Shown here in pieces: positions 51,801 through 60,214 of a stretch of DNA of 64,000 nucleotides (position 1 is the stretch's first letter; each line of letters opens with the position of its first letter). The stretch is from an uncultured Alphaproteobacteria bacterium. Lineage in GTDB: Bacteria > Pseudomonadota > Alphaproteobacteria > RF32 > CAG-239. The stretch covers positions 3,063 to 67,062 of the forward strand of contig CAKQTH010000003.1 in assembly GCA_934276635.1 (NCBI GenBank), in the 5' to 3' direction. A model generated the notes under the pieces. It was not told the DNA's origin. It saw nothing but the letters and a program-made list of their open reading frames with translations, and did not search any database. Made by a program: the position numbers and the translations under genes.

Positions 51801-53549
51801 TTCGGCATCAAAATCGCTCTTTTCCAAATCATCGGGAGAAATATCGTCGCTTTGCAGTGCTTTTGCGGTCTGAAACGCCTTATAAGCCCAGCCGGAGACA
51901 CCCTTTCTGCTTGCATAATCAGTCACATTTGCAGGCGCGGCGCCTCCGTACCAAACTTTCGCACCGCTCGGATAATATCGATCCAAATAATTTACGGCAC
52001 ATTTGTCCGAGGTCTTTACTTTTTCAACTGCCAGATTGTGTCTTTTAACCGCGCGCTGATAGCTGACGAAAGCCTCACGAAAACTCGGCAGCGATTGTTT
52101 CAAATTGTGTGCAGTCATTGATTTTCGCATAGTTTCGGCAACGGCTTCAAGCTCTTTTAATTTTCTGAATTCTTCCTCAGATCCGGTAAAGGCCGATTCG
52201 ATATCCGGCTTTTCGGCTGTTTCGTATGTCAGTGTTGAATTTGCCTTTACATCAAATTTATAATCGCCGAAAAACTCCTTGTCTTCCTGCTCAGTTTCGT
52301 CTTTTGTAACCATCTTGTTACTTGCTGTCGACGAGCTTGACAAAGCGGACTTTGTCTCGTTTTTCAAAAGCGTATTTGTTGCCGTCGGAATCGCCACCTT
52401 AGAAGACAATGCCGGAGATTGAGCCGAAACAGCTGCGGCAGCATTTGATCTTTGCAAAGCCGATGATGCCGATGTCATCGGAGATACCTCAACAGACTGT
52501 GTAACCTTGCGGAATGCCGGCTTGTCGGCAGAAAGTTTCTGCTGCGGCAATGCTTGCTTTGCATTTGCCGAATTCTTGATTTCAGTCGCCGGAGCCGCAG
52601 CTGTTGTCTTCATATCTGCCGCTTTTGCCTGAGTTGCAACAACATTTGCTGCCATAGCCTTATTTTGCGGTTTAAGCTCTGCCGCATATCCCATTGCAAA
52701 AGTTTTTGAATACGGCTCAGACTGAGCATATGTCGGCATTTTGAACAATTTTTCATCAAGCGCCGAGCTCTTCTTGGATTTCTTTCCTTTTCCGCCGCCT
52801 TCAACAAATTCGGCCGGTTCGACCATCTCGTCCAAAAACTTTGCGGCATAGTATTGTGTGCGCATAACCGACAATGTTTCCGCAAGCTTTAACAACTCGT
52901 CAATTGTGCCGTATGCATCGTACGAGGAAACCAAAGCAGCCACAATCTCTCCGTCGCCTTTCGATTCGCCCTCTTCACCGCTTGCCCCGCTTGCAGATGC
53001 GGCCATCTGGCTTTGCGTGTCGGCAAATGCCTCAACTTTGTCTTCCATTTCTTCAATCTGCATATCAAGCGCACGGACGCTGACATACAATTCTACAATA
53101 CTGTCCGTCACAAATTCGCGCGATTTTTTGCGATATGCGCTCTTGATATCCGAATCGGTGCTCGGATATGCCAAAAACAGCTGATGGATGACTTCTGCAA
53201 CCTTTTCCGGATCTTTTCGGTCTTCTTTGCTGAGCAATTTTGAGCGTTTTCCCATTGTTTTCATAGAAGACAGAGGTTTCGGCTTGCTTGATGTCCCGAC
53301 AAAGAAATTTGAATTAACAGAATTGGAAATCGCCTTTTTTGCCGCGGTATATTTATCTTTAATCGCCGTTTTGACTTTGTTGATTTTTGTTTTAACGCCC
53401 TGAATATTCGTCGACACATCTTTAACCACGGCACCGGCATCTGCAACAACGCCCTGTATTGCGGAAATAAAGTCAAGCGCCCGAGCATCTCCGGCGGAGA
53501 TATAAATTGCAAATATTGCGGAAATAACAATTTTTATGCATTTATTCAT
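48852..53549 (-). CDS. Giant secreted protein (1565 aa): signal peptide, Ala/Ser/Thr-rich region, long coiled coil, Cys-containing globular C-terminal half
   Basis: Signal peptide MNKCIKIVISAIFAIYISAGDARA. No internal hydrophobic helices, so it is not VirB6. GGAG lies upstream of the ATG. Gaps to both neighbours are 9-12 nt. Confidence 0.85.
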   Translation of the reverse strand: MNKCIKIVISAIFAIYISAGDARALDFISAIQGVVADAGAVVKDVSTNIQGVKTKINKVKTAIKDKYTAAKKAISNSVNSNFFVGTSSKPKPLSSMKTMGKRSKLLSKEDRKDPEKVAEVIHQLFLAYPSTDSDIKSAYRKKSREFVTDSIVELYVSVRALDMQIEEMEDKVEAFADTQSQMAASASGASGEEGESKGDGEIVAALVSSYDAYGTIDELLKLAETLSVMRTQYYAAKFLDEMVEPAEFVEGGGKGKKSKKSSALDEKLFKMPTYAQSEPYSKTFAMGYAAELKPQNKAMAANVVATQAKAADMKTTAAAPATEIKNSANAKQALPQQKLSADKPAFRKVTQSVEVSPMTSASSALQRSNAAAAVSAQSPALSSKVAIPTATNTLLKNETKSALSSSSTASNKMVTKDETEQEDKEFFGDYKFDVKANSTLTYETAEKPDIESAFTGSEEEFRKLKELEAVAETMRKSMTAHNLKQSLPSFREAFVSYQRAVKRHNLAVEKVKTSDKCAVNYLDRYYPSGAKVWYGGAAPANVTDYASRKGVSGWAYKAFQTAKALQSDDISPDDLEKSDFDAEDDTGEDVDATVQNSKAKLKQKHSSDEDSDGSSSVAGAGSPSRQEQIKKNEHLKDKFNFLIGAAVAKKLAQDQYTTQSWGKPKRKFPIWNDQKKFYDQYLEKKYQNMKLYLNDVWPFFDMDENDDGKTLTALTGTGIDMMSELVSRTRYDEDDDKNDKEKEKARSAFSEFKTKLNGRKYDYTTNFFANKKLAELVSAKNQLIQGVKNTGETARRSLENKNKAITTQLEKLYTQKNELQTTIDNLKDTKKEAEGTITDMDNNLEIVAKRQEISKDKKSGQAIYAKETKAQSQSTLEKTNAQLTVANKQMSVLQQQITTLENEIAANKKKLNDDPDTCKKSLDQCSLEKQKECNNVESYACTDAKILYIEEYYSGADGEIQKQKNNTLDSRNKNGGLAKMYKKIYTNTVDRNKYILKFVGIVDDIVGTPSAGSCTAKADFSSHKWNGVLDYAKDRIICAEEKIKALRKKDDNYIYTPAGHKELMKIHKELIDELKNPQTSILTSLITKGYRTDRMISLAKSILQKYVMDKVCENNVCLNADTDFFVGAYPVARDFKAPRVAAQEYLPPMREIIYFDVDDYVNMPKSYGYDDKNTYTGKKVTKDAILKSVSNMPEIWQRMLDLHSYVEESYNLFSTENGTEGLGSPRDDKKNIEFFRSGIYPCKMGDYYVDIKIPATTAVTKNGYILSRRAPKQSFEKIPNCQEIYLSQTKPSPMKPGGGVQDTVSDKVYAKAQGDVDFNDKIFADRGYAYSSSKERGSEMGLLFSASKQLGKSFIMITKGAKDTFYKIDKDEDGGDATESKKTSNSMAIKYRAQLNRNQFGDFLTLAENEQTTLQAQEELKEEVDALRESLIESLKKAGFSPKPDLDLAIDADYNQVAQAMESIKNKNLKTAYSSLSGMQEENNEYLKEKFKKLKGMYAALVKDNEEVVVVGEDTDGNSADFAQKVISEQVNRKASEEYKKQEEEAFANEMKGGVQPYCANYAVD

Positions 53550-53561
53550 CTTATTTCTCCT

Positions 53562-54890
53562 CTAGAATTGTTCGGATATTGACGATGCCGTATCTTTTGC
53601 GGAATCTATCCCGCTTTTTACATCCGATACCGCGTTTTTAACACCGCTCACACTGAGTTTTTTCTTGCTTTTCTTAATCCCTTGAGCATCTTTTTTCGTA
53701 AAGATGTAATCATCAAAGTTAAAGTTCTCTTTGTGCTGATATTCGTATGGCATATTAATCATGTCATTGGCGGTCATCATCTTTAAATCTGCCGACATCA
53801 ACTTGATATAATCAAGCAAAATATGCATAATCTGAACCCTGATGCCCGAAGTTTCAATCAACAACGCGCCGGTCTGGCTGTCTGTCTCTATAACGCTCTT
53901 TTTTAGCTCATCTAAAGTTTTTTCGTTGGATTCTATATTATTTTTAATGCGCAGCGCATCAATGTAAGCATTCAAGGTATCTTCACCGGCTGCTTTTTTA
54001 CGATTGTTGCTGATTTGCGAGAGCAAATCTCCGCCGACCGGATTTCCTTCCGCAATAAAGTTCTTTTCCGCAGCCTCGCCATATCCGCCGTCGCCGCCGC
54101 TGAGCATTCCTGCCAATTTATCAACCGCTTTGTTTCCGACATCTTTTCCTTTTGACAGTGCCTTCTGAGACAACTTTTCAACTTCTTGTTCCTTGAGCTT
54201 TATATCTTCTTTTGCAGTGCTTTTCTGCTGTTCAAAAGACTGATACTTCTCCGACCGCTCGATTGCTCCCTTTTCGCTCTCAAGCTCCGCAATAGAGGCA
54301 TTATTTTTTTCCATCTGAGCCTTACGGAATTCAGCGTCCTCATCTTCTCCCATTCTTGAAAGAGTATTGTTGTTGTCTTCAAGAACCTTAATTTGCGCGT
54401 CTATTCTTTGTTTTTCGGAAGAAACATAATCGCTCTGTTCTTTTTCAAGCTTGGTCAACGCATCTTTGGATTCTTTCAAAGTTGCCACAGCCTCGGCCTG
54501 CTTTTTCGCATCTTCAGCCTTATCTTTTGCATTTTTTGCATCACTGAGTGCTCCGCTTGCGGTATTTTTCGCATCGCTGACTACCTGTTTTGCATCATCA
54601 ACCGTCTTTTTTACATCGTCAATTTTTTCTTTTGTATTCTTATAAAATTCTTTGGCCTTTTTGATTTTTTCAGAAGATTCCATGGCTCCTTTTAGGCCTT
54701 TTTTTATGGTCTGATATTTTTCAGCAATCGGCTCAACAACTTTTTGCACATTTTCCGAAGCCTTTGTAACAAAGTCCGAAATTTTTCCGGCCGCACGCCC
54801 GAAATCGATATTAATCATCGCAGATGACGGGGTTGCAAAAACCATGCACACTAAAAACAAAACAGCAGCAATAACTCTCAGCTTTTTCAT
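53562..54890 (-). CDS. Secreted helix-rich, Lys/Glu-rich protein (442 aa)
   Basis: Signal peptide MKKLRVIAAVLFLVCMVFATPSSA with GAGGAGG upstream. A heptad-like charged sequence runs through most of its length. Confidence 0.85.
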   Translation of the reverse strand: MKKLRVIAAVLFLVCMVFATPSSAMINIDFGRAAGKISDFVTKASENVQKVVEPIAEKYQTIKKGLKGAMESSEKIKKAKEFYKNTKEKIDDVKKTVDDAKQVVSDAKNTASGALSDAKNAKDKAEDAKKQAEAVATLKESKDALTKLEKEQSDYVSSEKQRIDAQIKVLEDNNNTLSRMGEDEDAEFRKAQMEKNNASIAELESEKGAIERSEKYQSFEQQKSTAKEDIKLKEQEVEKLSQKALSKGKDVGNKAVDKLAGMLSGGDGGYGEAAEKNFIAEGNPVGGDLLSQISNNRKKAAGEDTLNAYIDALRIKNNIESNEKTLDELKKSVIETDSQTGALLIETSGIRVQIMHILLDYIKLMSADLKMMTANDMINMPYEYQHKENFNFDDYIFTKKDAQGIKKSKKKLSVSGVKNAVSDVKSGIDSAKDTASSISEQF

Positions 54891-54892
54891 TA

Positions 54893-55588
54893 TTATTCCT
54901 CCTCTTTGTCCTTAGAACCATATTTTTCGGAATCCGCGATTATATAAAAATTATATATTTGTGCTTCGGTTGAAACAATATAGTTCAATCGTCTGATAAT
55001 CGACCGAATACGCGGCCCCTGCGCATCAACCGCTTCTTTCATATTATTTATGGTTGCCGGTTTTGATTTGGCCTCTTCTTCGGCATCGTCCAAAAGCTCA
55101 TTGCGGCGCACAAATGCCGATGCATACATATTTGCGGCCATATTTCTTTTCAGCTCATTGAACATATCCATTTTTTCCTGATATTGCTCAGATGTAATAT
55201 CTTCCGGAAAAACATATTTTTCTTCCAAATTATTTTCAAAATCGTTGCTGTTTATGACAGACCCCAAACCTGACATAAGCTGTGTTCCGGCCGCTTTCGG
55301 ATCTTTTGCCAGCTCATAAGCGCTTTTACCCTTTTCGGCCAAATCTTTGCCTTTTTCATAGGCGCTTTTTCCTTTATCAATCCCTTCTTTGGCAATATCC
55401 GTAACAGCGGTAACCTGATTGATGTTTTCTTGCACGGTAGAAACGACTTCTTCTTTGAATGCCGAAGCTTTTTCCATATATCCTTCAACTTTTTCAACAA
55501 CAAAATTCAGCGAATCCGGCATTGGGATTTGCGCATTTGCCGAACCGGCCGCCAGAATCATCAAAAACGCAACAACATATTTATTCAT
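54893..55588 (-). CDS. Secreted helical protein (231 aa), VirB5-size
   Basis: I start it at ATG 55588 (AAGGAGG upstream), which overlaps the upstream stop by 8 nt. Signal peptide MNKYVVAFLMILAAGSANA/QIPMPDS…. Confidence 0.8.
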   Translation of the reverse strand: MNKYVVAFLMILAAGSANAQIPMPDSLNFVVEKVEGYMEKASAFKEEVVSTVQENINQVTAVTDIAKEGIDKGKSAYEKGKDLAEKGKSAYELAKDPKAAGTQLMSGLGSVINSNDFENNLEEKYVFPEDITSEQYQEKMDMFNELKRNMAANMYASAFVRRNELLDDAEEEAKSKPATINNMKEAVDAQGPRIRSIIRRLNYIVSTEAQIYNFYIIADSEKYGSKDKEEE

Positions 55589-56255
55589 TATTGCTTCCTC
55601 CTTCTTCGACCAGCTCTTTGATATATGAAGCATCATATGCCGACAAATATTTCAAAGCCTTATTCATAATTTCGGTTGACAATACTTTGTTCAAATGGCT
55701 GTTCAGCACAATTGCAAAATCATAATCCGCCTCAGCCAAAACCGCAATATCCTCACGAATATTGGCCGCGCCGTTTTCGTTTCCTTCTTCACCGCTTTTG
55801 TTGTCCGAAAGATTGATTCCGAGCATTGAGCCGGAACCGATATCACCGAGTGCGCCCAAAGCGGAATCGCTGTCTCCGTTTCCTTTTTCTTCAAATTCTT
55901 TAACTACGGTATCTTCAAAATTTGAGGCATAAATCCCTTCAGCAACCATTGTTTTCAAGGTTTCCAGCTTGCTTTGCGCCGCCATTTCCGTAAAAGTTTC
56001 GCCGACGCTCCTCGAGCTTTCCACCGTATCATTTCTGTCTTTAAGCAGCTTAGAGAGACACTCTTTTGTAGCCTTTGCCGCTTCATCGGTATCCTGCATC
56101 TTGATTTTGCAGCTTTCCGCCATAATTTTCGGAATTATATAATCACCGTTGGCGGCCATTCCGGTTGCAACATTTGATGCGCCGCTGATATCGGTGTCTG
56201 CGGCGCTTGCAGCTGCGGCAATCAGAAATGTCATTAAAAAAGCCGAATATTTCAT
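55581..56255 (-). CDS. Secreted helical protein (224 aa), VirB5-size, paralogous to the C-terminal part of the 476-aa protein
   Basis: Signal peptide MKYSAFLMTFLIAAAASA. GDYIIPKIMAESCKIKMQDTDEAAKATKECLSKLLKD aligns without gaps to GNIILPKSLAAYCEMTIDEVEKDTDRLEECLKKVLAK in the 476-aa protein, with 11 of 37 residues identical including both Cys. Confidence 0.8.
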   Translation of the reverse strand: MKYSAFLMTFLIAAAASAADTDISGASNVATGMAANGDYIIPKIMAESCKIKMQDTDEAAKATKECLSKLLKDRNDTVESSRSVGETFTEMAAQSKLETLKTMVAEGIYASNFEDTVVKEFEEKGNGDSDSALGALGDIGSGSMLGINLSDNKSGEEGNENGAANIREDIAVLAEADYDFAIVLNSHLNKVLSTEIMNKALKYLSAYDASYIKELVEEGGSNNE

Positions 56256-56276
56256 TGTATCTTTTCTCCTCGCCTT

Positions 56277-57707
56277 TTATTTTTCTTCAAAAACAAAATC
56301 TTCTATGCCGTCAAGCTCGTTATATCGGCCGTAAATCGTGCGCAGCCAAACATAATCGTTTGCAACTTTCGCCATTTCTATCGCCTGATGCGCCGAAACT
56401 GTCATACTACTGCGGACTTCCGTTGCCCCATCTGCGGCCTCCTGCAAATCGGCTATAACTTTTTCCTCATAGTTTGCCGCCTTATTTGCCGCTTTAACAA
56501 TCATACTCATCGCGCCGAAAGTGTTGTCTTTGCGAAACTCCAAAAGCTCATCGGTAGAAACGCCTGCTTCCGTGCTGCCGTCTTCGCTTTCCTTTGCCAA
56601 AACTTTTTTGAGGCATTCCTCAAGCCTGTCAGTATCTTTTTCCACTTCATCAATCGTCATCTCGCAATAAGCCGCCAAAGATTTCGGAAGAATAATATTT
56701 CCGTTGCCGGCGCGGCCGGTTTTAAGCTTTGACTGTTTTTCCGTGGTCTCGAGCAAGTCTGCCGACGCAATCACACTCTTTTGTTCGTAAAAAAAAATAT
56801 ATTCATCGGCGGAAGATTGTTTTTGCATTTTTCTGAACGCTTTTTTTTCGGACACCGGCGCCACCGATTTTACATTTGCTTTAGCATCGGAAAGAGCCGG
56901 ACTTTTAGCGACCGTGGCCCTATCCAAAGCTGCAGGTTTTGCCTCTTGTGCGGCTTTGAGCCCACCGGCGGCATCTGCTTTCGGCATAGCCTTAGGTTCT
57001 GAAATTGCTGAAACATTTTCTTTTTGCGCAGCCGGAGCTTTGAGCGTCTTATCGGCAGAAACCGGCGCTACCTGCATCACATTATTCGGTCTGTTTTTCA
57101 AAAACTTATTGCTTGCCGCCGGCTGAAGTTCTTCAACGGAATTGTCGCTTTCATCTTCTTCCTGCTCTACTTCTTCGGCAGTTGCTTCATCATCTTCCGG
57201 CGGGGTCAAAAGCTCATCGCCTTCCGCCAGATCATTTGCGCCGTAACTTTTTTCGGCAGAGCTGAACAGTGATTTATTTTCATCTTTATCCGCAAGAATA
57301 CCGGCTCTTTCCTGCGCCATTTTAACGCCGTCTTCCGTAGCATCTTTAAGAGCCTTTGCTTTTTCTACCTGAGCCTCGGCAAAACCTTTGTATTCTTCAT
57401 ATTGTTCTTTGTATTCCTCAGCCTGTTTTCTCATTTTTTCAACTTCGGCCATTTGATCTTTTGCCTCATTTGTAAATTTTGAAACCGTACTGACGGCATC
57501 ACCGATGCTGGAACTAACTTTTGCGACCGTTTTGGTTGTTTCCACAATAACTTTGCTCGACTTAATTTGCTCAATACCGCTCTTTATGGCCTGTACGATA
57601 GATGAAGTATCAAGCGTCGGAAGAGGAATAAACGCATAAGATTTCGGAGCAAAAAGTATTGTTGCCAAAACAACAACTGAACTGAAATATAAAGCGGTCT
57701 TCTTCAT
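56277..57707 (-). CDS. Secreted helical protein (476 aa) with a VirB5/TrbJ-like mature N-terminus
   Basis: I start it at ATG 57707 (GGGAGAA upstream). Signal peptide MKKTALYFSSVVVLATILFAPKSYA/FIPLPTLDTSSIVQAIKSGIEQIKSS. It has an acidic, Ala-rich middle region, and its C-terminal module is shared with the 224-aa protein. Confidence 0.8.
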   Translation of the reverse strand: MKKTALYFSSVVVLATILFAPKSYAFIPLPTLDTSSIVQAIKSGIEQIKSSKVIVETTKTVAKVSSSIGDAVSTVSKFTNEAKDQMAEVEKMRKQAEEYKEQYEEYKGFAEAQVEKAKALKDATEDGVKMAQERAGILADKDENKSLFSSAEKSYGANDLAEGDELLTPPEDDEATAEEVEQEEDESDNSVEELQPAASNKFLKNRPNNVMQVAPVSADKTLKAPAAQKENVSAISEPKAMPKADAAGGLKAAQEAKPAALDRATVAKSPALSDAKANVKSVAPVSEKKAFRKMQKQSSADEYIFFYEQKSVIASADLLETTEKQSKLKTGRAGNGNIILPKSLAAYCEMTIDEVEKDTDRLEECLKKVLAKESEDGSTEAGVSTDELLEFRKDNTFGAMSMIVKAANKAANYEEKVIADLQEAADGATEVRSSMTVSAHQAIEMAKVANDYVWLRTIYGRYNELDGIEDFVFEEK

Positions 57708-57784
57708 TTTGTTTCTCCCAAAAGCATCAGATGATAAATAATAACATACAAAATATCTTTGATAAAGATTTTTTTGCAAAATCG

Positions 57785-60214
57785 CTACAAATTTAAATAT
57801 TTTGTAACAAAGTTCTCTTCTCCGTATTCCTTAATCAGCTGTTCAACCAGCAAAACATTTTTTCGGCTGGAGTTGTAGAGCCTCAAATACGGTCCCAAAC
57901 CACCGAGGTTTACATCAAGAATCACGGATTCGCCGGTTGCCGGTCTTGAAAGCAAAATCGCATACGGAAAATCGCGATATGTCTTACCGAAAATAAAATC
58001 CATTTCGTTTTGCGTCAGATTCCAAGTCACATAATCTTCCAATCTGGCTTGCGGGTTGCGGAAGAATAAAACGGTCTGACATTGTCCGCGAATAACCTCG
58101 CCGACGCCGAGTTTGTCAATAACATTCGGCTGTTGAAATGCGCAAAGATATGACTGGCGTTTTTTACGGCCTTCTTGCAAACCGATAATAAAGTAATCTC
58201 TAAACATCGGGTGCTTAAGCATCGGCGCCGTTTCATCGATCATAATCAGAGACGGAACGCCGGTTTCGCCGGTTTCGCTTTGAATTCGGTGCATAATATA
58301 TGAAATAACCGCCGGAGCCAAGGTGTCGTCCTCAAAAATATGCGTAAAGTCAAATGCCATAAATCTTTTTGCCTTCAAGTCCAAACTATCGGTTTCGGCA
58401 TTAAAAATGTTTCCGTATTGATCCGGATTAACCCAGCGATACAATTCCCGTCTCATATTTCCGGTCGGTGAAAAACAGCTTTTATAAAGATTTTTCATAA
58501 CTCTTTCTTCCGGACGCAGATAGTCAAACGCGGTTGTAACCGCTCGCGCGATTTCCTTTTCGGACAATGCGTCGTCAACCATTGTGATAGACTTCATCCA
58601 GCGACGCAAAAATGCGCGGTTGTTCGGCGTATCTTCGGCATCAAACGGGTTAAGCGACACATTTTTTTCGTCGCCGTCAAACCCGATATACGCTCCGCCG
58701 ATTGAACGAGTAAAGATTTCAGCACCGCGGTGGCGGTCAAAGAAGAACACTTTCAAATCGCCGTGGCGCATCGCCTGTCCGGCCAAAAATGTAAGCAAAG
58801 TAGTTTTACCTTGTCCGGTAGGACCGATAATACAGCAGTGAGCAACGGCAGCTTCTTCGGCAGATACATGGAATTGGAACTGATAGGCTGAACCGGAAGT
58901 TGTTCTGAACACGCTGATTGCGCCCGGACCCCAGTCGGATTTCGAAAAACCTTCTGACGGTTTGTCAAAGCATATGGCCATTGCCACAACGCGGGACAAA
59001 TAGCGATATGTTCTCGGATATGTTTCATAAGTCGGAAACTGTGCAAAAAATGTTGCCTGAGCAACCCAGCCCTCACGAACCGGCGTCACACCGAACAAAC
59101 GGCAGATTCTCTGCACTTCACTTTCGGCAAAATCGATTTCTTCTTTGCTCGAACCTCTCAATATAATAGACATAGAATATTCGACCAGAGCCTGATAATC
59201 GGCGTCGCTGTCCTCAATTGAAGACAAAGCCTGCGCATATTGGCCGATAACCTCGTCCGAAAAGCTTGTAATGGTCGCCATTCTCTGTTGTTGCATCAAA
59301 AGCATACGCGCCTGAGCCTTAAAAATCGGCTTTACATTGTGCAAAAGCACCATTTCGCTGTCAATCGAAAGCAGCGAAACTATCATACTTTCGTCCATAT
59401 AATCGCCCGATGTTCTGATACCCATACAAATTTCGTACATTTCTTTATCGCCGGAGAAAAATCTGATAACTCCGTTTTCTCCGGTAAAATGAATATGATC
59501 AGCAGTCAAAAGCTCATTAAACGCGGCGCCTTCGGCTTTTCCGACCTTAGGTTCCGGATTGGAAAGCGGGCTGCAAAGCTTTGAAAAGATATACAGAGGG
59601 CTTTCGGTTGCCGGACTGTCAACCGTTTCATAAAGATTTTTCACTCCGTAATCGTTCAATGTCGCAAGTAGCGCCTGAGATGCATAGTTCAAGTCTTTTA
59701 AGGCATCTTTTCGGTCTTCAATAGACAAGATGATGTAGTGGCGGTTATGATAAATTCTATCCAGATTGGCATCCCAAGTTGCCGAAACTTCTTCCAAAAC
59801 CTTATTATTAAAGTCGCCACCGTCAACATTGTTCGGGATTCTTTCTCTGAGCGTAACAACGCGGCAGATAACCTGCAAATCCGACATACCGTCAATCCAA
59901 GATTTGCGGGCTTCCATCATTGAATAAATTTTTTCTTCGGTTGCAAACGACAAATCCGCACCTTCAACCTTAAACACGCGGGCAAATGCACCGTTTTTGC
60001 ACCTGATGGTGATTCCGTCCGACATCAGCCTGAAAAACGGCAAAAAGTCCGAAACGCGGGATTCTCTCGGCTGCGGCAACACCCAAGCTCCGAATCTTGT
60101 TGCCCACAAAACCGCAAAAGCAGATGCCGAAACAAATCCGATTACGGCAATCATAACCTCGAGGTTGGTTAACCCTTGTGTAAAAATACTGAAAAAATCA
60201 AAATTAGGGCTCAA
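57785..60214 (-). CDS. virB4: Type IV secretion ATPase VirB4
   Basis: 809 aa with Walker A IIGPTGQGKTT and Walker B …SLIMIDETAP…. Overlaps virB3 by 11 nt. Confidence 0.93.
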   Translation of the reverse strand: MSPNFDFFSIFTQGLTNLEVMIAVIGFVSASAFAVLWATRFGAWVLPQPRESRVSDFLPFFRLMSDGITIRCKNGAFARVFKVEGADLSFATEEKIYSMMEARKSWIDGMSDLQVICRVVTLRERIPNNVDGGDFNNKVLEEVSATWDANLDRIYHNRHYIILSIEDRKDALKDLNYASQALLATLNDYGVKNLYETVDSPATESPLYIFSKLCSPLSNPEPKVGKAEGAAFNELLTADHIHFTGENGVIRFFSGDKEMYEICMGIRTSGDYMDESMIVSLLSIDSEMVLLHNVKPIFKAQARMLLMQQQRMATITSFSDEVIGQYAQALSSIEDSDADYQALVEYSMSIILRGSSKEEIDFAESEVQRICRLFGVTPVREGWVAQATFFAQFPTYETYPRTYRYLSRVVAMAICFDKPSEGFSKSDWGPGAISVFRTTSGSAYQFQFHVSAEEAAVAHCCIIGPTGQGKTTLLTFLAGQAMRHGDLKVFFFDRHRGAEIFTRSIGGAYIGFDGDEKNVSLNPFDAEDTPNNRAFLRRWMKSITMVDDALSEKEIARAVTTAFDYLRPEERVMKNLYKSCFSPTGNMRRELYRWVNPDQYGNIFNAETDSLDLKAKRFMAFDFTHIFEDDTLAPAVISYIMHRIQSETGETGVPSLIMIDETAPMLKHPMFRDYFIIGLQEGRKKRQSYLCAFQQPNVIDKLGVGEVIRGQCQTVLFFRNPQARLEDYVTWNLTQNEMDFIFGKTYRDFPYAILLSRPATGESVILDVNLGGLGPYLRLYNSSRKNVLLVEQLIKEYGEENFVTKYLNL

